Virus record (IMG/VR): IMGVR_UViG_3300029537_000168
Direction: 5' to 3' (one strand)
DNA from: a virus
Lineage: Duplodnaviria > Heunggongvirae > Uroviricota > Caudoviricetes
DNA length: 64,000 bases
Part shown: piece by piece, positions 8,991 through 18,092 of the stretch
Layout of the letters: every line of letters begins with the position of its first letter
How positions within the stretch are numbered: the first letter of the stretch is position 1
Made by a program: the position numbers and the translations under genes
Notes under the pieces: model-generated
What the model saw: the letters and a program-made list of their open reading frames with translations, nothing else
Databases searched by the model: none
Told to the model about the DNA's origin: nothing

Positions 8991-10055
8991 CTAACCAATC
9001 TTTGTCCTGATTTCTTCTATTATCCGACTGCACTCCTCTTTGGATATTTTCCCTGAATACGTTTCATCTACTTCCTTTTCAAATTCTTCCATGTTTCCAC
9101 GAAAATCTTCACAAGTAATTTCCACTTCATTTTTTTTAGTCCGGTAGGCATGTATGTGGCTAATGAATAGGCCTGAAAGATTGAACCCACAATGGCCCTC
9201 ATTGTCCTTTATCTCGGCATTGCCACGTATCCATGTAGGGCAGTGTACTAATTCGTTGTCATTTATCTCAGCATCATATACGTGGGCATTCTCGCATATT
9301 ATAGTCTCGCCACATACAGAGGAACAGCCATACACCTGTGCATTGCCATATATATCAACATTACCATATATATGAGCATTGCCATATACGTGGGCGTTCT
9401 CATATATACTGACATATCCATATACCCAGGCTTCACCATATATGTTGGCATCGCCATACACTTCAGTATTACAATGTATGTTAGCTCTATCGTAAACTTT
9501 AGCATACCCGTATATTTGAGCTTCTTCATGCACCTCGGCATAGCCATACACCTGAGCATTACCATATATTTGTGCTCCGTCATACACCTCGGCATAGCCA
9601 TACACCTGAGCATTACCATATATTTGTGCTCCGTCATACACATCGGCATTGTCATACACTTGAGCATTACCATATATGTATGCTCCGTCATACACATCGG
9701 CATTGTCATACACTTGAGCATTACCATATATGTATGCTCCGCCATACACATTGGCACAGCCATACACCCGGACGTTCCCATGCAACTTTGCATCACCATA
9801 TACCTCTGCGTCATCATATACCTTTGCGTTATCATATACCTGGGCATTGCCGTACACCTGAGCATCACCGAACACCAGAGCATTGTCATACACCCAGGCA
9901 TCACCTTCATGGCTAAGATTGCTTTCTTTTTCAACATAACCTCCAAAGTCGCCTTCTTTGGCGTACTTAAATGATTTTATGCATTTGATTTGAAACAATT
10001 TTTTCCCACTTGCGAGTTTTATGAATTTGTCAGTCAAAATAAATTTCTTTTCCAT
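8991..10055 (-). CDS. hexapeptide-repeat (left-handed beta-helix) protein
   Basis: Many (V/I)YG(N/D)A(Q/E) repeats; GGYVEKESNLS N-domain; start MEKKFIL. Confidence 0.85.
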   Translation of the reverse strand: MEKKFILTDKFIKLASGKKLFQIKCIKSFKYAKEGDFGGYVEKESNLSHEGDAWVYDNALVFGDAQVYGNAQVYDNAKVYDDAEVYGDAKLHGNVRVYGCANVYGGAYIYGNAQVYDNADVYDGAYIYGNAQVYDNADVYDGAQIYGNAQVYGYAEVYDGAQIYGNAQVYGYAEVHEEAQIYGYAKVYDRANIHCNTEVYGDANIYGEAWVYGYVSIYENAHVYGNAHIYGNVDIYGNAQVYGCSSVCGETIICENAHVYDAEINDNELVHCPTWIRGNAEIKDNEGHCGFNLSGLFISHIHAYRTKKNEVEITCEDFRGNMEEFEKEVDETYSGKISKEECSRIIEEIRTKIG

Positions 10056-10159
10056 ATTCCATACAGTTTTTACCGTGTGTCTCACAATTTAGATTAGAAA
10101 ATGTAGTCCGACTGGGTATTACTCCCAGCCGGACTTAAAACAGCCTTTTTAGTCAGGAA

Positions 10160-10471
10160 TTATTCACTAACTAAATTCTGGTAGAAGAAATAATCAAGCA
10201 CTATTACCAGCACTTTTGCTTCTTTGTCGTCGTACCAGTCATCGAAGTCGGCTTTAATTCCGGAATTTGCAAGAATAGTTTCATCATATTCTTCTTCGTC
10301 CATTTCGCTGAAGTCGCATTTTATTTCATCAGGAAGATTGTCAAGATCTATATCCAGCCCTTCTATACTGTCAGTGTGGATTCTATGATTTTTTCCTCTA
10401 TAGACATAAATTTCTACATCTGCACAATTAGACGCTAATTCTTTCAGGTAATTTTTTTCGTAAGTTATCAT
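10160..10471 (-). CDS. acidic hypothetical early protein
   Basis: 103 aa, D/E-rich, leader present. Confidence 0.65.
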   Translation of the reverse strand: MITYEKNYLKELASNCADVEIYVYRGKNHRIHTDSIEGLDIDLDNLPDEIKCDFSEMDEEEYDETILANSGIKADFDDWYDDKEAKVLVIVLDYFFYQNLVSE

Positions 10472-10600
10472 AATTCAACTATTTAATTGGTTAATATTCT
10501 ATTTCATATACTAAAAGTGACCGAAGGTTCATTACTTTACCTTCGGTCTTTTAACTAACTTAAAATTCCGCTTCACAGCGGCAGGAAATTATGATTATTA

Positions 10601-10840
10601 TCATTTCAGAAAACATAATCCGCAACGGTATTCTTTCTTATCTTCCGGAACTTCATATTCTAGCAGGTATTCCGCAAAGAAATCTTTCGCTTCCTCTTCA
10701 GTTCCGTTTACATCTTCACAAGCGCTGTCGTCTAAAATTATTTTCCCATCACATACAAGACGGTAGTATCCGCTTATGGACTGTTCGCATTCAAAATTCT
10801 TTCCTGTTGCTTTTACTACATCCTCAAAACTAGCTTTCAT
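10601..10840 (-). CDS. hypothetical early protein
   Basis: 79 aa, leader present. Confidence 0.6.
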   Translation of the reverse strand: MKASFEDVVKATGKNFECEQSISGYYRLVCDGKIILDDSACEDVNGTEEEAKDFFAEYLLEYEVPEDKKEYRCGLCFLK

Positions 10841-11102
10841 AACTCTAAACAGTTTTTCCCGTGTGCCTCACGATTTGATTAAACATTCGTAGTCCGAAAG
10901 AGTATCACCTCCGCCGGACTTGTTCTAACTTAAAACTAACTTGTGGAATTATTTTGTTAACGGTTTATATGTATTTCTCATAATTCTAAAAGTTTGACGT
11001 TGTAAATATAGTTATTTTTCTCAAGTAGCCGAATGAAAATCACTTTTCATTCGGCTGATTTACTAACTTAAAAACTAACGCTTCACAGCGTGACCGATGG
11101 AA

Positions 11103-11309
11103 TTATATTTCCAAATTATCTAATGCTTCTTTTTCTTCTTTTGACAGAAGACAAACGAAGTCATCGTTACTATAATAACCTTGATCTTCGTCCGGTTCGT
11201 CAAAACATCTTTTAGATGAATACATAACACTGCGTAAAGCATTATACTCGTCTTTTGTAAGACCTAATATGCTTATTGTTCCGTTTTTATTGAATCTTGT
11301 TCTGCTCAT
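11103..11309 (-). CDS. hypothetical early protein
   Basis: MSRTRFNK start defined by conserved leader. Confidence 0.6.
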   Translation of the reverse strand: MSRTRFNKNGTISILGLTKDEYNALRSVMYSSKRCFDEPDEDQGYYSNDDFVCLLSKEEKEALDNLEI

Positions 11310-11376
11310 AATTCTTTTTATTTTATAGTTACACATCGGTTCCGGATCAAGATGCAAACCTGAATCCGGAAGTAGG

Positions 11377-11838
11377 TTAGATGCGCATCATTTCAAGACA
11401 TTGTTTCATAGGTATAAGTTCGTCACCAAAGCATTGTTGCAGGAAATTGTAAGACAGCTTAAAATTTCCTTTTACGCTTCTTATTTTAAATATCTTACCT
11501 TCACATAATGACCTGAGATTTTCATCGTCATTAAGCATCCAGAATAGTTTTTCTAAGGAGTATTTTGGAAGCATCCCAGATATTTGCAATTTACCTACAG
11601 GGTGAACTTCTTTAGGAACATCCATTACTGTTACTTCGGCAGCAAAAATAGGAAAATCAATTATACAATCTTGTAAATCGTTTAGATTGTTATCGTCACC
11701 TTCATATAGGAAAGCATATTTTCTGAATCTGCTCCATATCCCGGGTTTAAGAATACTTTTGGATATTTCTACTGGTTCACCTTTCATGAATGTTTCACCA
11801 TTAGCTACTTTCTCGATTAAATTCTTTTCTACTTTCAT
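11377..11838 (-). CDS. hypothetical early protein
   Basis: 153 aa, conserved leader. Confidence 0.65.
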   Translation of the reverse strand: MKVEKNLIEKVANGETFMKGEPVEISKSILKPGIWSRFRKYAFLYEGDDNNLNDLQDCIIDFPIFAAEVTVMDVPKEVHPVGKLQISGMLPKYSLEKLFWMLNDDENLRSLCEGKIFKIRSVKGNFKLSYNFLQQCFGDELIPMKQCLEMMRI

Positions 11839-11902
11839 AATTCCAAAATTTTAGTTAGACAATGGTTCTCGTACCAATCTTTTAAATCGGTACGAAATTT
11901 TC

Positions 11903-12202
11903 TTAGCGAGCTTTTTCTATTTCCTGGTTGTAATTGTTTTGCAGAAAATACATATCCTCATTATAAAGTACATTCAGATAATTCAGTATTTTCTCCTTAC
12001 TTCTTACTTTCTTTATCTTTGATATGCTACCCATTCCATTGCTGTCAGTTCTTACATCTCCATTTTTAAATATTAAAAGAATACATCCTGTACATCCTTC
12101 CCAATCTGTTATGATTTCTCCTACTTGGAATTTACCATATTCTTTTACTTCGCTTTTATTGGCATAGTGACGAAAATAATGTTTCTCAATATTTATTACC
12201 AT
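11903..12202 (-). CDS. hypothetical early protein
   Basis: 99 aa, conserved leader. Confidence 0.65.
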   Translation of the reverse strand: MVINIEKHYFRHYANKSEVKEYGKFQVGEIITDWEGCTGCILLIFKNGDVRTDSNGMGSISKIKKVRSKEKILNYLNVLYNEDMYFLQNNYNQEIEKAR

Positions 12203-12273
12203 AATTCCTTGTTTTTAAGTTAGACGATAGTACCGGGCTAAGATCGCAGACTTAGACCGGTTAGTAGCTAATT

Positions 12274-12534
12274 TCATTTACGAGGTCTTATTTTTCTGAA
12301 CTTACCTTCATAATCAGCATTTACATGTCCTGATTGAGAAAGGGTTATATTCCTACTTCTTCGATACATTTTATATTCTCCCCACCAATATGCGTTATAT
12401 TTTTTACGCATATACTTGAGCAGATTTATAACTTCGTCAGGTTTTTCTCGTGAGTATTCAAACCATTCTGAAATGCCACCTTTCCCATCATTATCAAATA
12501 CAACTACTAATAGACCTGATTTTTGATTTCCCAT
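12274..12534 (-). CDS. hypothetical early protein
   Basis: 86 aa, conserved leader. Confidence 0.65.
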   Translation of the reverse strand: MGNQKSGLLVVVFDNDGKGGISEWFEYSREKPDEVINLLKYMRKKYNAYWWGEYKMYRRSRNITLSQSGHVNADYEGKFRKIRPRK

Positions 12535-12596
12535 AATTCTTTATTTTAAGTTAGACTATGTATCCGGAGGGAGTATCACTCTCCATCCGGATTTTC

Positions 12597-12788
12597 TTAG
12601 CTGGGAAAATCATCTTCCGTGAAATTAATTCCTGAATATGCCTCTTGTATTACTTTGTCAGAAATAATACTATCTGCTCTGGCAAGTTCATCATAAGAAG
12701 TGCCTTCTCCCGTTTCTTCATTTTGTTGTATCAGATAACTCTGCTTGAGTTCTATCAACTGCTCTCTGTTTAATTCTGATATATACAT
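12597..12788 (-). CDS. hypothetical early protein
   Basis: 63 aa, ELNREQLIELKQSY. Confidence 0.6.
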   Translation of the reverse strand: MYISELNREQLIELKQSYLIQQNEETGEGTSYDELARADSIISDKVIQEAYSGINFTEDDFPS

Positions 12789-12800
12789 GACTATAGGTTT

Positions 12801-13061
12801 TTATTTTTCAAAAAGAAATAATTCATTATTACCAGGTATATATACCTTACCGTTTTCTAAGCATAAGAATAAATCTGACTGACTATTTCCTGATGCTTTA
12901 TAAAACTCGTCGTAATTATATTTTTCTCCTTTGCTCCAGGAATATGTGCTTATACCTAAATCTCTATCAGAACTTATTCTTCTGCATGCTTCCTCGAAAC
13001 ACATGTTTTTCTTTCCTATTGGACAGAAAGTATAACCATTGTATTCAAAATCTTTTTCCAT
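12801..13061 (-). CDS. hypothetical early protein
   Basis: 86 aa, conserved leader. Confidence 0.65.
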   Translation of the reverse strand: MEKDFEYNGYTFCPIGKKNMCFEEACRRISSDRDLGISTYSWSKGEKYNYDEFYKASGNSQSDLFLCLENGKVYIPGNNELFLFEK

Positions 13062-13127
13062 AATTCAAATTTTTAAAAGTTAGACAATAAGTAAGGCAGT
13101 CGGAATCACTTCCGGCTGCCCTCTACA

Positions 13128-14252
13128 TTACAGAGAGAAAGCTGCTCTCAGTTCCGGCTCGCGTTTCTTTGAGAAAACCCAACCAGCACCGCATTTCAAC
13201 TTACCGTTGAATCGTCCGCCAAGCTCTTTGAGCTTCGCTACATAGTCACGGGTGTTACCGATGATGGCCACGGCCTTTTCGCTGTAATCTACAAGCTGCA
13301 AATCAGATTTATTTTCTACGGCTTTTGCTGTAGAACTTACAGGTTTTTCCTCCGGTTTCTGATAAAAATCTATATCACTCAGATAACCCCGTAAACAACT
13401 TGAAGCAGAAGTGTACTGGTTAGATTCCACAAACTCTGAATAAGACTTTGGGAGAAACTGATTTGTTTCAGTTATTCCGATAGCCTCGGGATGTTTGGCA
13501 TAGAATTTTTCTTTTGTTTCATTCCAGATTTTATCAGAATAGCTGCGTTCCAAATCCGGCATATAACCGATTCCACCATATAAGGAAGTAAACTCGCTTT
13601 TGATGTGTTCTTCAATGTCCTCGTATCCGTTAAATGTCGTATCTACAAACTTAGAACAGATTTTAGCAACCATCTTTTCGGTCGGACCGTCCGTCCATCT
13701 TACGTTGTAGCTGTTTGAACCATTCTTTTTGGAATAGAACTTTATACCCGGAAAAGCACGCTTCAGAAGCACAAGCATGTTTTGTTTGGCCGTCTTGTCG
13801 TCATAGCTATTACACTCAGTCAGTATCGAGCCATACTCTTTTCGGAGCTGATCGGTACGATTTTGGCTGGCTATACGTTTGTTTTTCTCCAGACGTTCAT
13901 TCCATGCCTGCTGTACTTCGCACTGGTGAACCAGTTTGGCTATTTCCTGCTCGGGCATACGGTAGTCGGGCTCTTTGTCGTCCCAATAGTAACCAATACC
14001 GAACTTCTTTGATAACGGCTGGTCGTCCTGGCCTACTCTCCAATATGCGAAACGGTGCCATCCTCCAATTTCGGCCATTTGCTGCCGTCCGTGAATGTCA
14101 GGAGCAGAAGTCACGATAAACTTACCGCTTTCGCTTCCTCCATAACCTAAGAATCCATAAACGCGCTGGCCTACTTCGAGAACTTTTTTACCGATTTCTA
14201 CCATCTGAAAACCATTTGACCAATCCATTCTGTACATTTTTCCTGATTCCAT
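13128..14252 (-). CDS. LPD29 (large polyvalent protein domain)-containing protein
   Basis: LKRAFPGIKFYSK...VRWTDGPT; C-terminal DYSEKAVAIIG..LKELGGRFN..GWVF domain. Confidence 0.75.
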   Translation of the reverse strand: MESGKMYRMDWSNGFQMVEIGKKVLEVGQRVYGFLGYGGSESGKFIVTSAPDIHGRQQMAEIGGWHRFAYWRVGQDDQPLSKKFGIGYYWDDKEPDYRMPEQEIAKLVHQCEVQQAWNERLEKNKRIASQNRTDQLRKEYGSILTECNSYDDKTAKQNMLVLLKRAFPGIKFYSKKNGSNSYNVRWTDGPTEKMVAKICSKFVDTTFNGYEDIEEHIKSEFTSLYGGIGYMPDLERSYSDKIWNETKEKFYAKHPEAIGITETNQFLPKSYSEFVESNQYTSASSCLRGYLSDIDFYQKPEEKPVSSTAKAVENKSDLQLVDYSEKAVAIIGNTRDYVAKLKELGGRFNGKLKCGAGWVFSKKREPELRAAFSL

Positions 14253-14314
14253 AATTCTATAAATTTTAAGTTAGACAATGACCCCGGCAGATTCTTAAAA
14301 ACCTGCCGGAATGT

Positions 14315-14857
14315 TTAAGCTACACAGAAGTAGAAATCACCCTGATGGCGGTATCCGCTGGTAAGCAATGTCCTGGAGTATGCTTCGTAGTCGAAATACT
14401 GACCGAACTCTGTTTGAAGTTCTTCAGGCCATTTCATTTCCGCCATATAGGTGGCAAACGCTTCCTCAGAATCAAATTGCCCTGCGTATTTATCTCTGAA
14501 CTTTTCTACGAGCTCTTCACCGTCTTTGATATAGGAATAATCCACAAAGTACATATCAAGAAACGTAAAAAATGCTTCTGTCTCTGTGTCATCCATATCT
14601 TTTGCACACTGAATGATACCAAATATTAGCGGGTCGATATAGCTTTCGTTTATCATACCGTCTGGTATGTTATTATAGTCCTGGTACATAAACTCTGGCT
14701 CTTCCTCGTCGCTATGCAATTCCTTGCAGGCTTCCATAAACTTATCTTTCGATTCATAGTCGGCCAATTCCATCCATGCGCCAGCCAGCGAACCTTCATT
14801 ATATTTCTTATATGTACCTACATATACACTTGCTCTGAGTAATTTTGATTTTTCCAT
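14315..14857 (-). CDS. ardA: antirestriction protein ArdA
   Basis: VYVGTYKKYNEGSLAGAWMEL, EFMYQDY, YFDYEAYSR; highly acidic. Confidence 0.9.
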   Translation of the reverse strand: MEKSKLLRASVYVGTYKKYNEGSLAGAWMELADYESKDKFMEACKELHSDEEEPEFMYQDYNNIPDGMINESYIDPLIFGIIQCAKDMDDTETEAFFTFLDMYFVDYSYIKDGEELVEKFRDKYAGQFDSEEAFATYMAEMKWPEELQTEFGQYFDYEAYSRTLLTSGYRHQGDFYFCVA

Positions 14858-14920
14858 AATTCCTTTGTTTTATAGTTAGACATGGCAGCCGATACAGTTA
14901 CAACGCTGTACCGGCTAATA

Positions 14921-15289
14921 CTATGAAGCTTTGTAGCCATCCTCTGTCTCAATTATCACACCCTGACTGATTGCATAGCTTACAGCCTGCGATGTAACAA
15001 TACCGAAAACGTCACAATCTTTTTTGATGTCATCCATGTACATGTCATTCCAATCTACCTGAACGTCATCATCTTTCACCCATACGTCAATCCATTCGCC
15101 CCACCAACCGTCAGGAAGCTGTACATACACCGCACAACTTCCCGGACCGTCTATCTCGATCTTTGTGGCTACGGCTTCATTCTTGCATATTCTTCTTACT
15201 ATTTTCTTATGATCGGGACGATGATTCATTTGTGAATACATAACTTTTGTAATTCTTTCCCAATCCTGGGTTGTCAATGATTTTGTCAT
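14921..15289 (-). CDS. hypothetical early protein
   Basis: 122 aa, conserved leader. Confidence 0.65.
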   Translation of the reverse strand: MTKSLTTQDWERITKVMYSQMNHRPDHKKIVRRICKNEAVATKIEIDGPGSCAVYVQLPDGWWGEWIDVWVKDDDVQVDWNDMYMDDIKKDCDVFGIVTSQAVSYAISQGVIIETEDGYKAS

Positions 15290-15353
15290 AATTCCTATAG
15301 TTTTAAGTTAGTAATCGTGTCTGGAAGTACCGTAAAGTACCTCCAGCATGGAA

Positions 15354-15569
15354 TTAATACCCCATAGCGTCGTAGTACGATTTGTTTTTTACGTACTCTT
15401 TTGCTATTTCGTAGTCACTGCAATCTTCGCCGAGCTTTGCGCTAATACTTTCGTATGCGCTTTTTGGCATTACATAGATAACCTGTTCGCTCCAGTCGGA
15501 ACGACCAGCGAAACACAAAGCCACGAATAAAAACACGCAGCACAGAATGACTTTCATTTTCTTTTTCAT
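15354..15569 (-). CDS. small exported/membrane protein
   Basis: MKKKMKVILCCVFLFVALCFAG signal-like N-terminus. Confidence 0.6.
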   Translation of the reverse strand: MKKKMKVILCCVFLFVALCFAGRSDWSEQVIYVMPKSAYESISAKLGEDCSDYEIAKEYVKNKSYYDAMGY

Positions 15570-15630
15570 AACTCAAACTATTTAAGAAGTTTGCAGGCCG
15601 TACACTGGCAAAGGTGAACGGCCTGATAGG

Positions 15631-15837
15631 TCATAGTCTGATAGCATTCTGGCAAGCAAAATCTGTAGATAGAATATGTAAAACTTGCATATCTGATATT
15701 TCTTTATATCGCGCATTCCGATTTGAATAGTCCATACAAACTGCTTTTGCGTGATTTAGAATGTTTGTTACGCATAGATTAATATTTTTACCATTCCATG
15801 TGTTACATGTTACCAGATAAAATTTATTTTTTACCAT
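15631..15837 (-). CDS. hypothetical early protein flanked by direct repeats
   Basis: 68 aa, conserved leader. Confidence 0.55.
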   Translation of the reverse strand: MVKNKFYLVTCNTWNGKNINLCVTNILNHAKAVCMDYSNRNARYKEISDMQVLHILSTDFACQNAIRL

Positions 15838-15900
15838 AATTCAAAATAATTTTAAGTTGTGATTGCAGGCCGTACACCGGTAAAGGTGAACGGCCTGATT

Positions 15901-16206
15901 TTAATCATTAAGCATAGAAGCTATTGCTTTCTGCTCTTCCTGGAATTTATTCCATTCTCTTTCTTCTTCCGCTTTCCGATTCATTCGATATGAGCTGTAT
16001 CTTTGTTTTTCCAGCACGTCCATACTTTCATATTCACGTACAAACTCCCGGTGAAACTTCAATGTATCTGAAACTTCATAGCATACACCATCTTTGGCAA
16101 GACGATAATTACATTCAGATTCATAAGCTTTTTCAAACTTTGTAGCACATGAAGTAAAAACAGAAGCACACAATACGATTGATACGGATAAGATGATAGT
16201 TTTCAT
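15901..16206 (-). CDS. putative lipoprotein
   Basis: MKTIILSVSIVLCASVFTSC lipobox. Confidence 0.65.
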   Translation of the reverse strand: MKTIILSVSIVLCASVFTSCATKFEKAYESECNYRLAKDGVCYEVSDTLKFHREFVREYESMDVLEKQRYSSYRMNRKAEEEREWNKFQEEQKAIASMLND

Positions 16207-16224
16207 AATTCAAAAAGTTTATAG

Positions 16225-16910
16225 TTATACATACAAGAAGTGCCATGCACCCGAAAGCGCATAGCACTACATAGGTAGGGGTTTTCCGTACCACCCCCGA
16301 AGCTGGTTTTCGTTGCGTTGACGCATACCCGCCTATATGCACCATGATACACTATTTGCATAGCGTTCACGGATACACTTTTCGCATAGACGACCTTTGC
16401 AGGCGCACCGCCATACAGACACACGTGTCCGCATGGTACGTTGATTCCATAGGCCCGGATAACTCCCAGCCCGTTCCATACATACGCTAAAACAGTATGG
16501 ATCTTTTCCGGTTAACTACTCCGGCATACACCCAAGATTGAACAGGGCATAGCACACCCGTACATGAATCCATACGGACACGGTGCACCCTGACTGATCG
16601 TTCAACACGTTGCAGGACTCACCGCACCCATACGGGTACAGTTATGCCATAGAATTATGAATTATGATTTTCGCGGCCCTGGATACCTTCAGACTCTTGG
16701 CCTGGATGACTATAGGCGCATGGACACACCTATCCGCACAACACATAGTAAACCCGTGTTGTGTTTCAAGACGGCCCACAGTGCAGCCTTATGCAGCTGG
16801 AGTGTATAGTCCCAAATACTACATATAGATACCCTTTTCGCCGGCCGTATGAGATAGAATATATTTTTGTGGGTGTCCGGGAATCGGACCCGGACGAATA
16901 CCATACACCC
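16225..16910 (-). ncRNA. candidate long non-coding RNA, UAUG-rich
   Basis: No convincing ORF; about 18 CATA on plus strand; tRNA-minihelix-like 5' part. Confidence 0.4.
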
Positions 16911-16916
16911 TAAATA

Positions 16917-17456
16917 TTAAGCCGCGTCTACAATACGTTCTGCTATTTGTAGCAACATATCTTCAGAAGCGTCTAAGAATTCTATTTTTAAAGCTTGCAA
17001 TGTAGCGTTTATCTTAGATTCACGTTTTTCTGCTTTCTTTGTTTCTTTCTTTGCCTCTTTCTCTTTTGCTGCTTTTTCCAGTTTTTCCTTTGCCTGATTT
17101 ATTTGTAGCAAACTTTCTAAGCTTGCAAAAAAATCATCTTCATCGAATCTTATTGGAACGTATTCGAAATATTTTTTCCCTATCTGGACTACTTTTAATT
17201 CGTTCCCGTCCAATGTTTCAATATCTGATAATCTTTTTAATTTACAGAAAACAGGCAAACCGTCTCCAAGCTCGAAGCTTAGCAACATAGAAAGATCAAC
17301 TTTCTTTATACCGTAAAAATCTAAGTATCTTTTGATTTTTTCCTGATCACGGTTTTTGTTTATTGTGTTCATAACGCCAAACGGTGATCTATTAAGCTTT
17401 TTAGTTTCTTTTTTAGCTTCGCGTCTCAATACTGATTTAGATACATTTGTTTTCAT
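16917..17456 (-). CDS. Lys-rich first gene of early operon
   Basis: 179 aa, conserved leader, repeated EAKKETKK. Confidence 0.7.
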   Translation of the reverse strand: MKTNVSKSVLRREAKKETKKLNRSPFGVMNTINKNRDQEKIKRYLDFYGIKKVDLSMLLSFELGDGLPVFCKLKRLSDIETLDGNELKVVQIGKKYFEYVPIRFDEDDFFASLESLLQINQAKEKLEKAAKEKEAKKETKKAEKRESKINATLQALKIEFLDASEDMLLQIAERIVDAA

Positions 17457-17939
17457 AATTCCATAATTTTAAGTTAGTAATATAGTAACGGGTATCGACT
17501 ATGCACGACCCGGGAGAACATAGTTCACCCGTTAGGCTACCTTTCGGCTCCTTTCCCGTTATCAATATATTACTATCTCATACGGATTATTTGTTACAGA
17601 CTAACCGCGCCGCGTGTACTTTGTTCCGTTTGCTTTCGTGTGTGGCTTGCAAACTATGCAAGCCGGGAAAGTATCAAACTATGATAGTGAACAGGATCAC
17701 CAGCCGGAACGCGGATCACGTTTATACGGTTTTTTTTCAAAGAACGTTTTTTCTTTCTGGATATTTTCGGGAACGGAAAGAAAAACGTATCTTTGTTTTG
17801 CGACAAACAGAAGAAAGTTTTATCTTTCTTTTTCCCGCGGGTATTCCTGTAATACCCGCTTTTTATACCTGGAAAGAACGTTTTCCGGGCTTTGGGAAGC
17901 CCCGGAGGCTTCTTGTAATCTTTGTTTTCGATTACACTA

Positions 17940-17969
17940 CAAAGGTACATAATATTCTCTATTGTGCAA
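17940..17969 (-). promoter_or_regulatory. Bacteroidota primary-sigma promoter of early operon
   Basis: TTG-N19-TACCTTTG. Confidence 0.65.
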
Positions 17970-18056
17970 TAGGTGTACACATTTTTCTCTATTATTTTAA
18001 CCGTTATTTAATATTCGGTCCAAAATGAAAGGTTTATTCACATTTTCGCGCGCTTT

Positions 18057-18092
18057 CTGGTGGCGTTCCTCACCATGTAGGAACGCCACCAG
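18057..18092. repeat. perfect 14-8-14 inverted repeat
   Basis: CTGGTGGCGTTCCT-caccatgt-AGGAACGCCACCAG. Confidence 0.95.

Larger units (their letters stand above)
7961..17480 (-). repeat. dispersed intergenic repeat family: GC hairpin plus leader GTCTAACTTAAAA..GGAATTATG, and inverted copies
   Basis: Leader copies at 10469, 10838, 10979, 11307, 11836, 12200, 12532, 13059, 14250, 14855, 15287, 15567, 15835, 16204, 17454 (some degenerate). Confidence 0.85.

Noticed and set aside
9282..9974. Alternative-frame repetitive ORFs (9282-9974, 9299-9946, 9572-9916)
   Set aside because: Shadows of the hexapeptide repeat gene.
5933..17480. Canonical integron (GTTAGAC fits GTTRRRY; recombinase nearby)
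   Set aside because: Core sites are in the opposite order to attC (RYYYAAC..GTTRRRY), most gaps have only one, and the recombinase shows no evident IntI-specific insertion.
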